Positions 1 to 9,869 of a stretch of DNA of 48,456 bases are shown here, one piece after another. The stretch comes from Catajapyx aquilonaris (taxonomy: Eukaryota): positions 1-48,456 of the forward strand of contig KZ538773.1 of the NCBI GenBank assembly GCA_000934665.2, in the 5' to 3' direction. Positions within the stretch are counted from its first letter, which is position 1, and each line of letters begins with the position of its first letter. The notes below the pieces were generated by a model, which was not told the DNA's origin, made no database searches, and was given only the letters and a program-made list of their open reading frames with translations. Both the position numbers and the translations under genes were made by a program.

Positions 1-20
1 CGTCAATATGACGTAGTTTT

Positions 21-101
21 TCTTCGGCTCTCTGCGGCTCTCTTCGGCTCTCCTCGGCTCTCTGCGGCTCTCCTCGGCTCTCTTGCGGCTCACCTCGGCT
101 C
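21..101. repeat. Tandem repeat, about 8 copies of 10-bp unit TCY(T/G)CGGCTC
   Basis: Direct reading: tcttcggctc tctgcggctc tcttcggctc tcctcggctc...; possibly subterminal repeats of a DNA transposon. Confidence 0.9.
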
Positions 102-457
102 ACCAGTGAGGGTGTACACCGGCTCTCCGAAGTGACTACCCCCTTGGGAGCCAGGTTCCTCAACATTTTTTGGCTGAGGAGCATTAATTTCTACAGTTGT
201 GGAAACACTCCATGGGGGCACCTGATATTGTTTTGTGAGGCAGTGCTCTGTGAGTAGGTGCATCAGCGAAGTGACAGATGTGTATGAGTCAGACGTCCTT
301 TTTTTTAAATCTGCTAACCGCAAATATTACTGCCATGTGCTGCAATATGTTGGGTAATACAGTTTGAAAGTGAAAGTTTTTATGAGATAGTTTTATCCAT
401 TAATATGGTGTGGTATTTCCTGTCATGTGTAGTTGACTTCTAAAAATATTTTTACAG

Positions 458-678
458 GCTGTGATACAACACGAGAAGATGGAGGAGAACTTTCTGTTTG
501 GTCTGTGTTTGTTGCAGCAGGCCGAATTCTACTACCTTCTTCCCAACACGAAGCTACAAAAGGTGGCTCCTCCAGGATGGCAAAATGGCCAGGTCTTTGG
601 CGTGAATACATTTGTTCCTGCTACCTGCCTGCTTTACTTCCGAACAAAGTTCTACCTTCCGTCACTCAAGTATATAAG
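458..678 (+). CDS. Coding exon, FERM F1 lobe (AVIQHEKMEENFLFGL...FYLPSLKYI)
   Basis: Acceptor tttttacag|457/458, donor AG|gtatga 678/679; 221 nt, phase 0-2. Confidence 0.92.
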
Positions 679-757
679 GTATGAAAATCAATCACTTGAT
701 ACGGTGGCTTTTTTTGGCAAGTAGAAATGCCCTGTCACTGAGACCAGTTTTTTTCAG

Positions 758-896
758 GAACACAAAGACAAGGCACTACTTGTACCTGCAATTTCGACGA
801 GACGTACTGGAAGGGAGAGTTCGAACGTCGTCTAGCAACCACCTTACCTTAGCTTCACTGGCACTTCAGATTGAGTTTGGAGACTATTGCTCCCAG
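758..896 (+). CDS. Coding exon, FERM F2 lobe (RNTKTRHYLYLQFRRDVLEGR...LALQIEFGDYCSQ)
   Basis: Acceptor ttttttcag|, donor CAG|gtgaga; 139 nt, phase 2-0; FERM signature ALQxEFGDY. Confidence 0.95.
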
Positions 897-1178
897 GTGA
901 GATGGCCTACTTAATCAGTGGCATGTGCCAAAGCAATAATTATTATTGGTGACGGCAAATTGTCAATTTTACAGTTCAGTGGTGCAATTGGCACTTGTGA
1001 AGGAATGACACACTATGTGGCTTTTGGAGACATTCTGTTGTTGAACACCTTCCGCAGATATTTTCTGCCAAATGTTCACTGCCAATTTCTAATGATTAAA
1101 ACATTGGCAGTGGTGCACTCCTGATTTTATAATACAATGCAATTACGGAGTTAATTTAATTTTTGCTTATTCATTCAG

Positions 1179-1579
1179 GTTCATGGGGTGGCCCCATATT
1201 TTGTTGTGGACCACTACCTCCCAGAATCCATATCGAAGCTACTGGGAAAAGTACAAGCAAGGAGGACCCTTTGTCTCCTGCACCAGAAGCTGTCTGGACT
1301 GAAACCCCATCAGGCCGAGGCCCGTTTTATTGAGACAGTGCAGAAAGCAGACCTGTTTGGTGTGCACCTGTACAGGGTGTTTGGGAAGAACAAGGAGGTT
1401 CAATGGCTGGGCATAGGAAGCCAGGGGATGTACATGCTCAAGGAAGGGAGCTTCAGGGCTGCTGATGTAACACAGGCATGCCCCTGGGCAGAGATTGAGA
1501 GGGTCTCATACACCAAAAACAGCCTCAGCATCACTTCCACTAAGAAGGAGAAGCATAAGTTCTATATGCACGGTGGAAT
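1179..1579 (+). CDS. Coding exon, FERM F2/F3 lobes (VHGVAPYFVVDHYLP...KHKFYMHGG)
   Basis: Acceptor tcattcag|, donor AT|gtgagt; 401 nt, phase 0-2; motifs HYLP, AEARFI, FGVHLY, WLGI, PWAEIERVSY. Confidence 0.95.
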
Positions 1580-1649
1580 GTGAGTTCTCTTGTGACTTTG
1601 AACTTCAATTAGCGCTTCCTTCTGGTCAGTGTATTTATCTCAGTTCATG

Positions 1650-2331
1650 CGAGGGTTGTTTCGCAAATAAGTTTCCTGTTGTAATTATTTCTGAAAGTAT
1701 TGTACATATGGGGAAATTTTTACCGCCAGCAGTTAGAGGACCTTATTCTCTGTGTGAGCCAAATTTGGTCTCCCTTGTGTACTCCATGCATGCGTAGGAG
1801 CAAGCGGAAGAAAGCAACTTTTGCGGCGAGCATGCCCAATTCATAAGAGCTTGAGTCAAAGGACGTATACAAAAGATGAAGTGAGGGCATTATCTGCAAG
1901 ATCCATGTCATCGTCCAGACAACTGTATCCACAGTAACCCGCAGCAGATGGCTGTGACAGTGTGGAAGAGGAGCAGCGCCGTGAAAGGTGGTTGACTCGA
2001 AGACTAAGGTGAACGTCGAACTTGTGGATGCCATTATTCAAGCCAACCGACGGGTCACTGTCTGGTCACAGTTGTCTGGAGGATGACGTGAAACTCGCCG
2101 ATAACTGCCCACACTTCATCTTTCATCCATGTCCTTTAACTCAAGCGCTTATGGGCAATGGGCACGCTTGGCATACAAGTTGCTTTCTTTCGCTTACTCC
2201 TGCACATGCGCAGCGTGCATGAGGGGCATGCAGAATTATGTGGTCTAACCGCTGACTGTGAAAATTTCCCCATATGTATAATACTTTTGGAAATAATCGC
2301 AAGGGGAAATTTATTTTTGGAACAACCCTCT
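1650..2331. mobile_element. Fold-back mariner-derived non-autonomous element (MITE-like)
   Basis: Ends CGAGGGTTGTT...AACAACCCTC. Diverged inverted arms of about 280-290 bp (about 1650-1940 vs 2050-2331), e.g. tacatatggggaaatttt / aaaatttccccatatgta. Flanks tg/ca fit a decayed TA duplication. Confidence 0.85.
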
Positions 2332-2961
2332 CATCTGAGAGCTGTTGCACTTTTTTGCTTGTCCAGCATGAAAACGTGTTTTCTGGTTTCTGTTTTCCCA
2401 CATCAGGGTATTTCGATATGAACTAAGCCTCCTGGAAAATACTTTAGTAGTCAACCCAAAGACAGTATCTTCCAGATAATTAATGTCAGTAGTCATTTAC
2501 TGGGTCCAACATTTCCCTGAAGTAACATTCAAAATGCCATTATAACCATTCTATCATTTGTAGATAAATAAGTATTACAATGCTTTTGAGTCATTTATTG
2601 AAGTTTTTTACAAGATCAATGTATTGCGTGATACCGTATGTGAATGATTTTTTCTAAATGCAAAACTACTGTGTAACTGTAAAAGCAGGTACTTTTTAAA
2701 ATGTGACTAAATAGGTAAAATTATCTGATGGTGACATGACCCAATGAGGTTCATAGAGCTTTAAATAGTGATCATGCATAAGATTTGTCATGCCTGTACA
2801 ATAGTGTATTACAATATTACAATATTTTATTAACAACATAATCTGACAGGAGACTACGAATGCCGACAGGCAACATTTAATTTTTGTCAGGTATTTCAAA
2901 AGTTTGTTAGTGATCATTATTCTTCTTTAGTGTTTTTAACATTGTCATTTTTTATTTGCAG

Positions 2962-3050
2962 GTCTCAGTACATATTTAATCTGGCCTCATCACACCACCA
3001 GTTCTCCCTAAGGCTCAGACTAGGTGTCAAACTGACAGACATAAATCAAG
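2962..3050 (+). CDS. Coding exon, FERM C-terminal helix (SQYIFNLASSHHQFSLRLR)
   Basis: Acceptor ttttatttgcag|, donor AAG|gtaagt; 89 nt, phase 2-1. Confidence 0.9.
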
Positions 3051-3553
3051 GTAAGTTTCCAGATGATCTGCTCTATCAGTGTTCAGATTACAAAAAAACT
3101 AATCCCAGAGGAAGTAACAGTCATATTGCTGGAATATTGATGCAGTAAATTGTCGATTCATAATTTTTGTTGCCTGACAGGGGTGAAATAATTGATGAAT
3201 GAGGGAAAATTATAAATGCAGGGGCCTGCATATTATGAAAAAACGTCATATTTGCCTGTATATTTGCTACATCAAAAATCTTTTACAAATGTTACTTTTC
3301 AATTGTCAAGTCAAATCAGCATTCTTGTTTTAAAAAAAAGTCATTATAGTCATTTGTTTATTATCATTTTTTCCTTTCTAACTGGACAGTAAACTTTTCA
3401 ACATTCACAATGTTTTCTTTGTAGTCTTTAGTCGTGACGTGAGCATACAAAACTCGTTAATGATCAGATAAATAAAGGCATTCATTTTACATCTCTCCAG
3501 TAAATGAGAGGAGTTGCGTACGTAACATTAATTTCAAATCCATGACATTCCAG

Positions 3554-3952
3554 AGTTTGGCTTCTCCTTGGTCAGTCAGCATCCCAAACGAAAGGAAGTC
3601 CAACGCTGCAAGACCCTTCCACCACTCACCAATGTACGCACAGCCCGCAAACTGACCCATTTTCCATCTGTACCCAACCTTTTGTCAGAGGAGAAACTGT
3701 CTGAGTTCAAGCCCCTCCAGCCACACTGTCCTGTATGCAAGTATGATCTACCAGTGCAGCCTTCCATGGGGGTCACTGCCACTGTTGCCAGCCAATGCGA
3801 AACATGTGTTGGGGGCAGCAGCGCCTGGATTCTTAAGCCCAAAAACAATCCCGGCAGCATTCGGATGGGCACCAAAGTGTCTCCAAGTGCCATTCAACGG
3901 CAGAGGGCAAGAAGCTTGGAGGATCTGCTGGGGCCTAGTGCGTATGTGCTGG
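3554..3952 (+). CDS. Coding exon, FERM-PDZ linker
   Basis: Acceptor attccag|, donor TGG|gtgagt; 399 nt, phase 1-1, open frame, GC-richer than flanks. Confidence 0.85.
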
Positions 3953-4028
3953 GTGAGTAATTGGGACCTTACAAATTGTCTCACAGGAGTCTTATCAATT
4001 CTGACCACACATGTATTAATGATTTTAG

Positions 4029-4274
4029 ATGCAAGCATTCACTCCCAAGATCAGACCTGGAAGGTTGACTTTGACGAGACCATGAGCAGCTCCCTTGCAG
4101 AGAGGTGGGAAAACATGTCAGAGGTGGAGGGTGAAAAGGTCATTGTGAGTGTGAAGCTGACCAAAGGACAAGATGGGCTTGGAGTGGTGGTGGAGGAAGG
4201 GAGAGATGGACGGGTGCAGGTGACCAGAATTAACCATGGTGGACAAGCTCAACAGAATGGGATGATCAAACCTG
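4029..4274 (+). CDS. Coding exon, N-terminal part of first PDZ domain (VKLTKGQDGLGVVVEEG...GGQAQQNGMIKP)
   Basis: Acceptor ttttag|, donor CTG|gtaaga; 246 nt, phase 1-1; PDZ carboxylate-binding loop K..GLGV. Confidence 0.92.
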
Positions 4275-4424
4275 GTAAGACTGATTTGACATTATTGTAT
4301 CATAAAAATTACTGATAAAGATTGTTGCTCATAAGCAGCACTAAAAATCAAAGATGACTGATGAAAATGTGACCCTTAGCCACATTGAATTCAATGATTA
4401 TAATGACTGTCTGTCACATTCCAG

Positions 4425-4562
4425 GTGACTACATAATTGGAGTTAATGGGCACAACTTGGAAAACATGAATTATATGAGTGCTTTGCAATTTCTACAGAA
4501 TACTTCTTCAGAAGTGGAACTCCTGGTTTCGCAAAGAGTATGCAAAACAAACTCAATGAAAG
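4425..4562 (+). CDS. Coding exon, C-terminal part of first PDZ domain (GDYIIGVNGHNLENMNYMSALQFLQN..VELLVS)
   Basis: Acceptor attccag|; donor AAG|gtgagc at 4562/4563 (phase 1). If that donor is not used, the frame runs to TAG at 4645. Confidence 0.9.
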
Positions 4563-5479
4563 GTGAGCATGAGTTTTCCTCTCAGACGTATTTCAATGGG
4601 CAAGGTATGGCCATTACGGAAGAAACATTCAGTTTAATTGTTTAGGCTGTTGGGAGACAATCAAACCAAAAAATGACATTTGCAAAATGTATCTGAAATT
4701 GACAATCAGGTTGATGTGATACAAAAGATAGATCTCCAAAACCAACTGAGTTACCATTATTTTACTAGTGATTGTTGTGTTCAGCTTGTGTTAGCTTTTC
4801 TTGTTGACATTAATTAGTAATAGAAATAGAGAATTTTAACATGATTAATGATAGACTGCTTTGCCATGATAATGTAGTAACACTGCCAAAGTTAAGCATA
4901 GAATATGAGGTATTCAGCTGTGTTCACACATTGAGTTGTTGGAGTTGGGATCCATCTATGAGCACATTGTGTGGTCATCCTTTTCACTGGATGGCTTTTG
5001 CTCATTGGTTGATCTCAACAAATATTATGCAAGACAAAGACAGACTCCCGAGTGATACACATTTATGCGTAACCAAAATGCGAATTAGATAATCAAGCTT
5101 CGTTAGTTAATATGTAATTAGTGGTACTTTCGTGTGACTGCATTTCTACAGAAATTATTTTAAGATAGTATTATATACATTTTTGGAACAATATTTCCTA
5201 CTGGACAGGGTGATTTTACTTTGTTTTGCTGAAACATTGTGAAGTCCTGGAACAATCACATTTACAGAAAGAAAAATAATATATTGTTTAATTAGACAGT
5301 ATAATTATATTACAGGAAATTCTTACAAAGTTGAAAAGCATTTAATTATACGAGTTAGTACTGTACAAAAATTTGTTTTCTTATTTTGCATTTAACGTTC
5401 AGAAAGGATTATTATTTGCTACTTCAATATTGCTTGAAGAACTAGCATTATAATATTCACCAATTAATCCCTAATTATA

Positions 5480-5801
5480 CAGTATTCCCTCTCCATCTGC
5501 AAGGTATACGTAGGTTCAAAGCACCTTCATGGAAGCTTGAAACTCCACATAATACGGAACTCTTGCACAAATACATTTTAAACTTTCATACATACAGTAT
5601 GTGTGTGATGCAGTTTAATATAAAAACTACACGCATAAAGACATGAATAAAAGCAATTTACATAATTTAGAATATTTAAGGCAATTCTGTACTGTAAAAA
5701 GAGACTGTTGGATTTATCCTGAAATTGAATATTTTCATTTCATATATATTTATTATTTGTAAACCTTGGATAATTGAAACTGCAGATAAGTGGGAGTACA
5801 G
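5480..5801. mobile_element. Degenerate pogo/Tigger-type MITE
   Basis: TA|CAGTATTCCCTCTCCATCTGCA ... TGCAGATAAGTGGGAGTACAG|TA imperfect TIRs with TA flanks. Confidence 0.65.
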
Positions 5802-6023
5802 TATTTCTTTACTACTGAAAGAAGCAGTCAGTCACTGACACAACCTTTTGAATATTGAGCATGGGAAACATGTCGAATTAGATCACCTTCCTGTGATACT
5901 GGGAATGGGTGAGGTGGCATTAATGCAAGATTTTTAAAGAAAGTATGACATAATAAAGATTTCAATTATGGTGACATTTTGGAATAAATATGCATTTGAA
6001 ATAATTAGTCCATTATGTTACTA

Positions 6024-7019
6024 CAGTAGAACCCCGATTATCGATCACTTGAGGCATGGTCGGAACACAAAAAAGGTCTGATAATCCGAGGAGCAAAGAA
6101 AACTCTAAGGAAACAACAAAAAACCTAGAAAAACATGTACAATACAGGGTGATCTGTTTGGGTAGGGATAATTATAAAATGCTATGGTGTGTGTTGTAAC
6201 AGACAGAATTTATCCAAATTAGGCAGAGATTACGTTCATGAGTGGGAGTTTGTCTAGGTCTCCACATGACCCCCTTTGCGTACTCGGTAGAATTGATATC
6301 AGGTGCTCAATTCCTGCCACGTGTTTTGTAACATTTCTGGCGTGATTTGTGCGAACACTGCAGAAATTTTCACCTCCAGGTCATCCAGGCTTTGAGGTCA
6401 TTTTCCGTAGATGAAAGTCTTCACAAACCACACACAAATAAATCGTGGGGAGTGAGATCCAGGGAGTTTGCAGGCCAAGGATTAGGGCCACCATGATCAC
6501 ACCAATTGTCATAGAAAGTGTTGTTGACGTTCCTGACTTCCAGTGACCAGTGGGGCGGAGCCCCATCTTCCTGGCAAATGACATTGTTGTCCAGTTGTGG
6601 TACCAAGAAGAATGTCAAAGTATGGTCCTGCTCATATTATGTCCTCAGAGAGAAAAACAAGGTCCGTACAGCTGGTTACGCCACATCCAGCCTCTTCTGT
6701 CACGATGCAGGCCCAATTCAGGCGCACTGAGTACAGTGCATGAATCTCCTATCTTCGTCAAACTAACAGAATTTCAACTTGGTACGGCTTATGTGTTGAT
6801 TATGATACATATTTTAAATTATCCGTACCCAAACGGCTCACCCTCTATTATGGTGTATTATGGGTGTACTCTACACTCTACTGTACTGTATTTACAATTT
6901 ACCTAAGACAATATGAAACAAATGTGTAGTACATTACAGTATTTGATTTGAAAAATATACATTTATTGCTGGAGCAGGATGGTTGGATAATCAGAGGTAG
7001 GATAATCGGGATTCTACTG
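6024..7019. mobile_element. pogo/Tigger-type MITE interrupted by a nested element
   Basis: TA|CAGTAGAACCCCGATTATC ... GATAATCGGGATTCTACTG|TA (18/19 TIR match), subterminal GATAATC repeats. Confidence 0.85.
6145..6845 (-). mobile_element. Internally deleted Tc1/mariner element with transposase remnant (rosa/DD41D-like)
   Basis: TIRs TA|CAGGGTGATCTGTTTGGGTAGGGATAATT ... AATTATCCGTACCCAAACGGCTCACCCTC|TA. Minus-strand remnant QEDGAPPHWSLEVR...GGPNPWPANSLDLTPHDLFVCG, with 40 residues between the last two catalytic Asp positions. Confidence 0.88.
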
Positions 7020-8046
7020 TACCTACTGCAGTTGCTGTAAATGAAAAGCAACATGTAGGCTTACTATGAAAATATGTGCAAATTATGAAAGATCTATTTT
7101 AAAAACAGACAATCAATTTTGACAAAAAATACAGTTGCTGTGATTTACTAAGAATTAATTTGTTAAAAACACCCAAGAACTCGAGTTTTGGCAATAATTC
7201 ACCCGAGATGCTCGTGTGTTAATAAACAAAATTAGTACATGCAATTTAAAAGTACAATAAAAATACAGTGTATCCATATAAATATATCAAATTATATTGG
7301 AAGGAAAAAAATATGATAGAATAACAGCAGCATTTGAAAAACCCAGCTGCATAATGTTGTTTCTCACTCCTTGGGGCATTTAAAATTACTCAAGCTGTCA
7401 GATTATTCTAACAGAATAAAATAGATGAATTATTTATACATTCTGGAAGCTTTCATGGGATTACAGTTTTGCAGAAAAACAAGTGATGTTTGGATTGTTG
7501 TATGTATTACTTACCAGATTGCAAATGTTATATTTTGAAAATAAAAGTAATCTACAATACAGTAAGTCATAAAAGAAACTAAATAATTTGAGAACTGATG
7601 CCACACGTAAATCAAAAAAATTCAGTGTCTTAATACCATTGTGACGAAATATTTTGTAGGAAAAATTATTCCTGCAAAAACCGGTTTTGTTATCACTTGG
7701 AGAGTAATTATTAGGAAAGGTGTTATAAGTTACATCTTTTGAATGAGCATGCACACTTTTTGAGGGGTATCCAATATCTTCATAAAGTTTGTGTTGTTTG
7801 CAGTATCTTTTAATTGCTAATTTGTTGTAATGCAATGTGTCAAAAGATTACTAGGAAGAGTGAAGATACCCACCACTTATTGTTCATATGCAGTAGAAAC
7901 TTTGTTTTGTTTTGGTACATTTTCGATGTGTTTTTTTTTTTTTTTTTACGATGATGACCTGCATATTATGAATTTTTGCTGAATGGTACGACTCTGTTAT
8001 ATTGCATGCATTATGTTATTTTTCGCAAGCAAGTATGGTCAAGTTT

Positions 8047-8052
8047 AATAAA
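8047..8052 (+). terminator. Candidate polyadenylation signal of the upstream block
   Basis: AATAAA followed by T-rich tracts, near the end of the CpG-poor domain; AATAAA is common in AT-rich DNA. Confidence 0.25.
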
Positions 8053-9567
8053 CCATTCACTTTCCTTTTCCGTTTTTTTACCATAGCTATTACATTGGTT
8101 TCAATGTTTTGTTACTTTGTTTCAATAACGCACTTTTGTAACACCATGCACTGTTTTGTTTCACCCCTTATGTTGCACTAACCTCACTGCATTAAACCAT
8201 TTTTTTCAATCTATGTCTTTTATCATTTGTTGTTACCCTGTGTTTTTATGACTTTTGCATTTTTATTTTGCCAATGTTAGCGACACTTCTAACACTGAAG
8301 TAAACTAAATTAAATTTTAACATAGGCGCATACACCAGTGATATTTATTCAGCCTTTGTCCTTCGCAATTGTTTTGTATTGTTGACCCAGGAGGCAGCTT
8401 AGTGACCTGGTAGCCAATGAGCAGCGGGCATATCCTCTGCATGAGTCCGAGTGAATTTGATCATTGTTGATTAGGAAACGAGTGCCAGGCGGGCCAACTC
8501 GGAATGCGGGAACAATATAATTATATCTCTCCCTCTGAGGGACAGCAGCCGAGGGGGTGTTGATATTGGCCCGGTTTGCAGTATACACACGTGTAGACTA
8601 TGTAGTGCATGACTGTGTGTGTGCCGAGGGGTGTTGTAGAATATTAAGCGAAATATTGTGCACAAAATGAAGCTTGATAGTGACAGTTCAAATTGGAAGG
8701 GACACGGGCCATTTTTCGATGGGCCATGTGGTCATAGCTAATGTCATTGCGAATGACGTAATCCGCACGATTATCCTATCTGCTTGGACCGTTGGGAAAT
8801 AATACGCTTTTCGGTGAATGTAATCTTAATTAGGTTCGGGAAAAACAAGAGTATAACAAGCTTGCTCGTTTTTCTTTTTTTAAAAGTTCTGATTACACTC
8901 TTTTGAAGGTGACCGTGAAAACTCTGCGTAAATTTTGTAATCAGCAAAAAAAATATTTTGCCAGCTCATTAAAATGCGAGGAAACTACGTTCTTATGAGA
9001 GCGAGGGAGTTTTTAACCAGATTTTTGTTAATGAAGTTAGCTTACGTAAGGAGAAAAAAAGTTGGGGGGATCAAAGCAGAATTTTGAAGAGAATAAATCA
9101 GAGAAGGATTCAAAGGCTGATAAAATCAACCCAGAGGAATTTTGAAAACTGGGTATATTTAAAAAAAAAGTTCTTTAAATTTTAAACAGTATTTACATTA
9201 TTTGTTATGTTTTCCTTATGGACATTCTCGTACTGTCGTACATTGTGATGGATTTTTTAAACATTGCTATGTTGTTTTGACATTACGATTTGCAAAAATC
9301 TGCAATTAGATTATGTACTGTACATATGGGATAATTTTGTTTGCTTTCTTGAAATACATCCAGCTCTTGTTGTGACGCAAATGTTTCTTTTAGAGACAAT
9401 TTCCCACATAAAAAAGCACTTTTCATTACTGTACCTTTAATTCCTTACGGGACAACCAGTGTGCATAACAATAGCCTTTTCATAAGATTGCAAACGGGTT
9501 GATCAACTTTCACCAAAATCGGATCATCCCAATTCCATTACCAGTGCCGAAAACAATTTTGCTGTTT

Positions 9568-9869
9568 TCAGTCAACAGTAAAGAAAGACGGAGGACAAAA
9601 AAAATAAATCCCCTTTTCGAAATTTGTGACATTGATCCAATTTGTGTCACCCTTTGTGTCGTTCGTGATAGAATGAAGTTGACGAGGAACGTCGTTTTGG
9701 CGCGGACTTTGCGCAGAAGCAGAAGTTGTATGCAGGGGTTACCACAGTTCCTCTTTTTTTGTCCAGAAGCGGCATTTTGGTAGGGGGGTGTCTGGATCCA
9801 GCACGAGACACTCCAGATGAGGCCCAGCTGCCGCAGGGATAGGACGTGTCGATAACGAGGTCCCACAAG
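9568..9869 (+). promoter_or_regulatory. Candidate initiator and non-coding first exon for the downstream block
   Basis: TCAGTC (arthropod Inr consensus TCAKTY) at 9568 and donor AAG|gtcagt at 9869/9870; stops in all three frames before the donor. Confidence 0.25.

Larger units (their letters stand above)
458..4562 (+). other. PTPN13: Upstream gene block: FERM + PDZ protein (PTPN13/FRMPD2-like), 7 coding exons, 5' part outside window
   Basis: Seven GT-AG exons splice in frame. FERM motifs FLFGL..EFYYL..TKLQKVAPPGW, LYFRTKFY, YLYLQFRRDVLEGR, LASLALQIEFGDY, FGVHLYRV and SQYIFNLASSHHQF are followed by a GLGV-type PDZ. The KVAPxGW FERM plus PDZ order is characteristic of the PTPN13/FRMPD2 family; the symbol is family-level, not tested orthology. 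Confidence 0.8.

Noticed and set aside
21..101. Regular repeat as a CRISPR array
   Set aside because: 10-bp head-to-tail units with no spacers; eukaryotic intron; no cas genes
915..1123. Weak inverted similarity (aatcag...tgccaa / ttggca...ctgatt) suggesting an old MITE
   Set aside because: Too degenerate to define TIRs or a target duplication by eye
7461..7835. 124-aa minus-strand ORF
   Set aside because: AT-rich composition, non-ATG start, no recognisable motif or splice context
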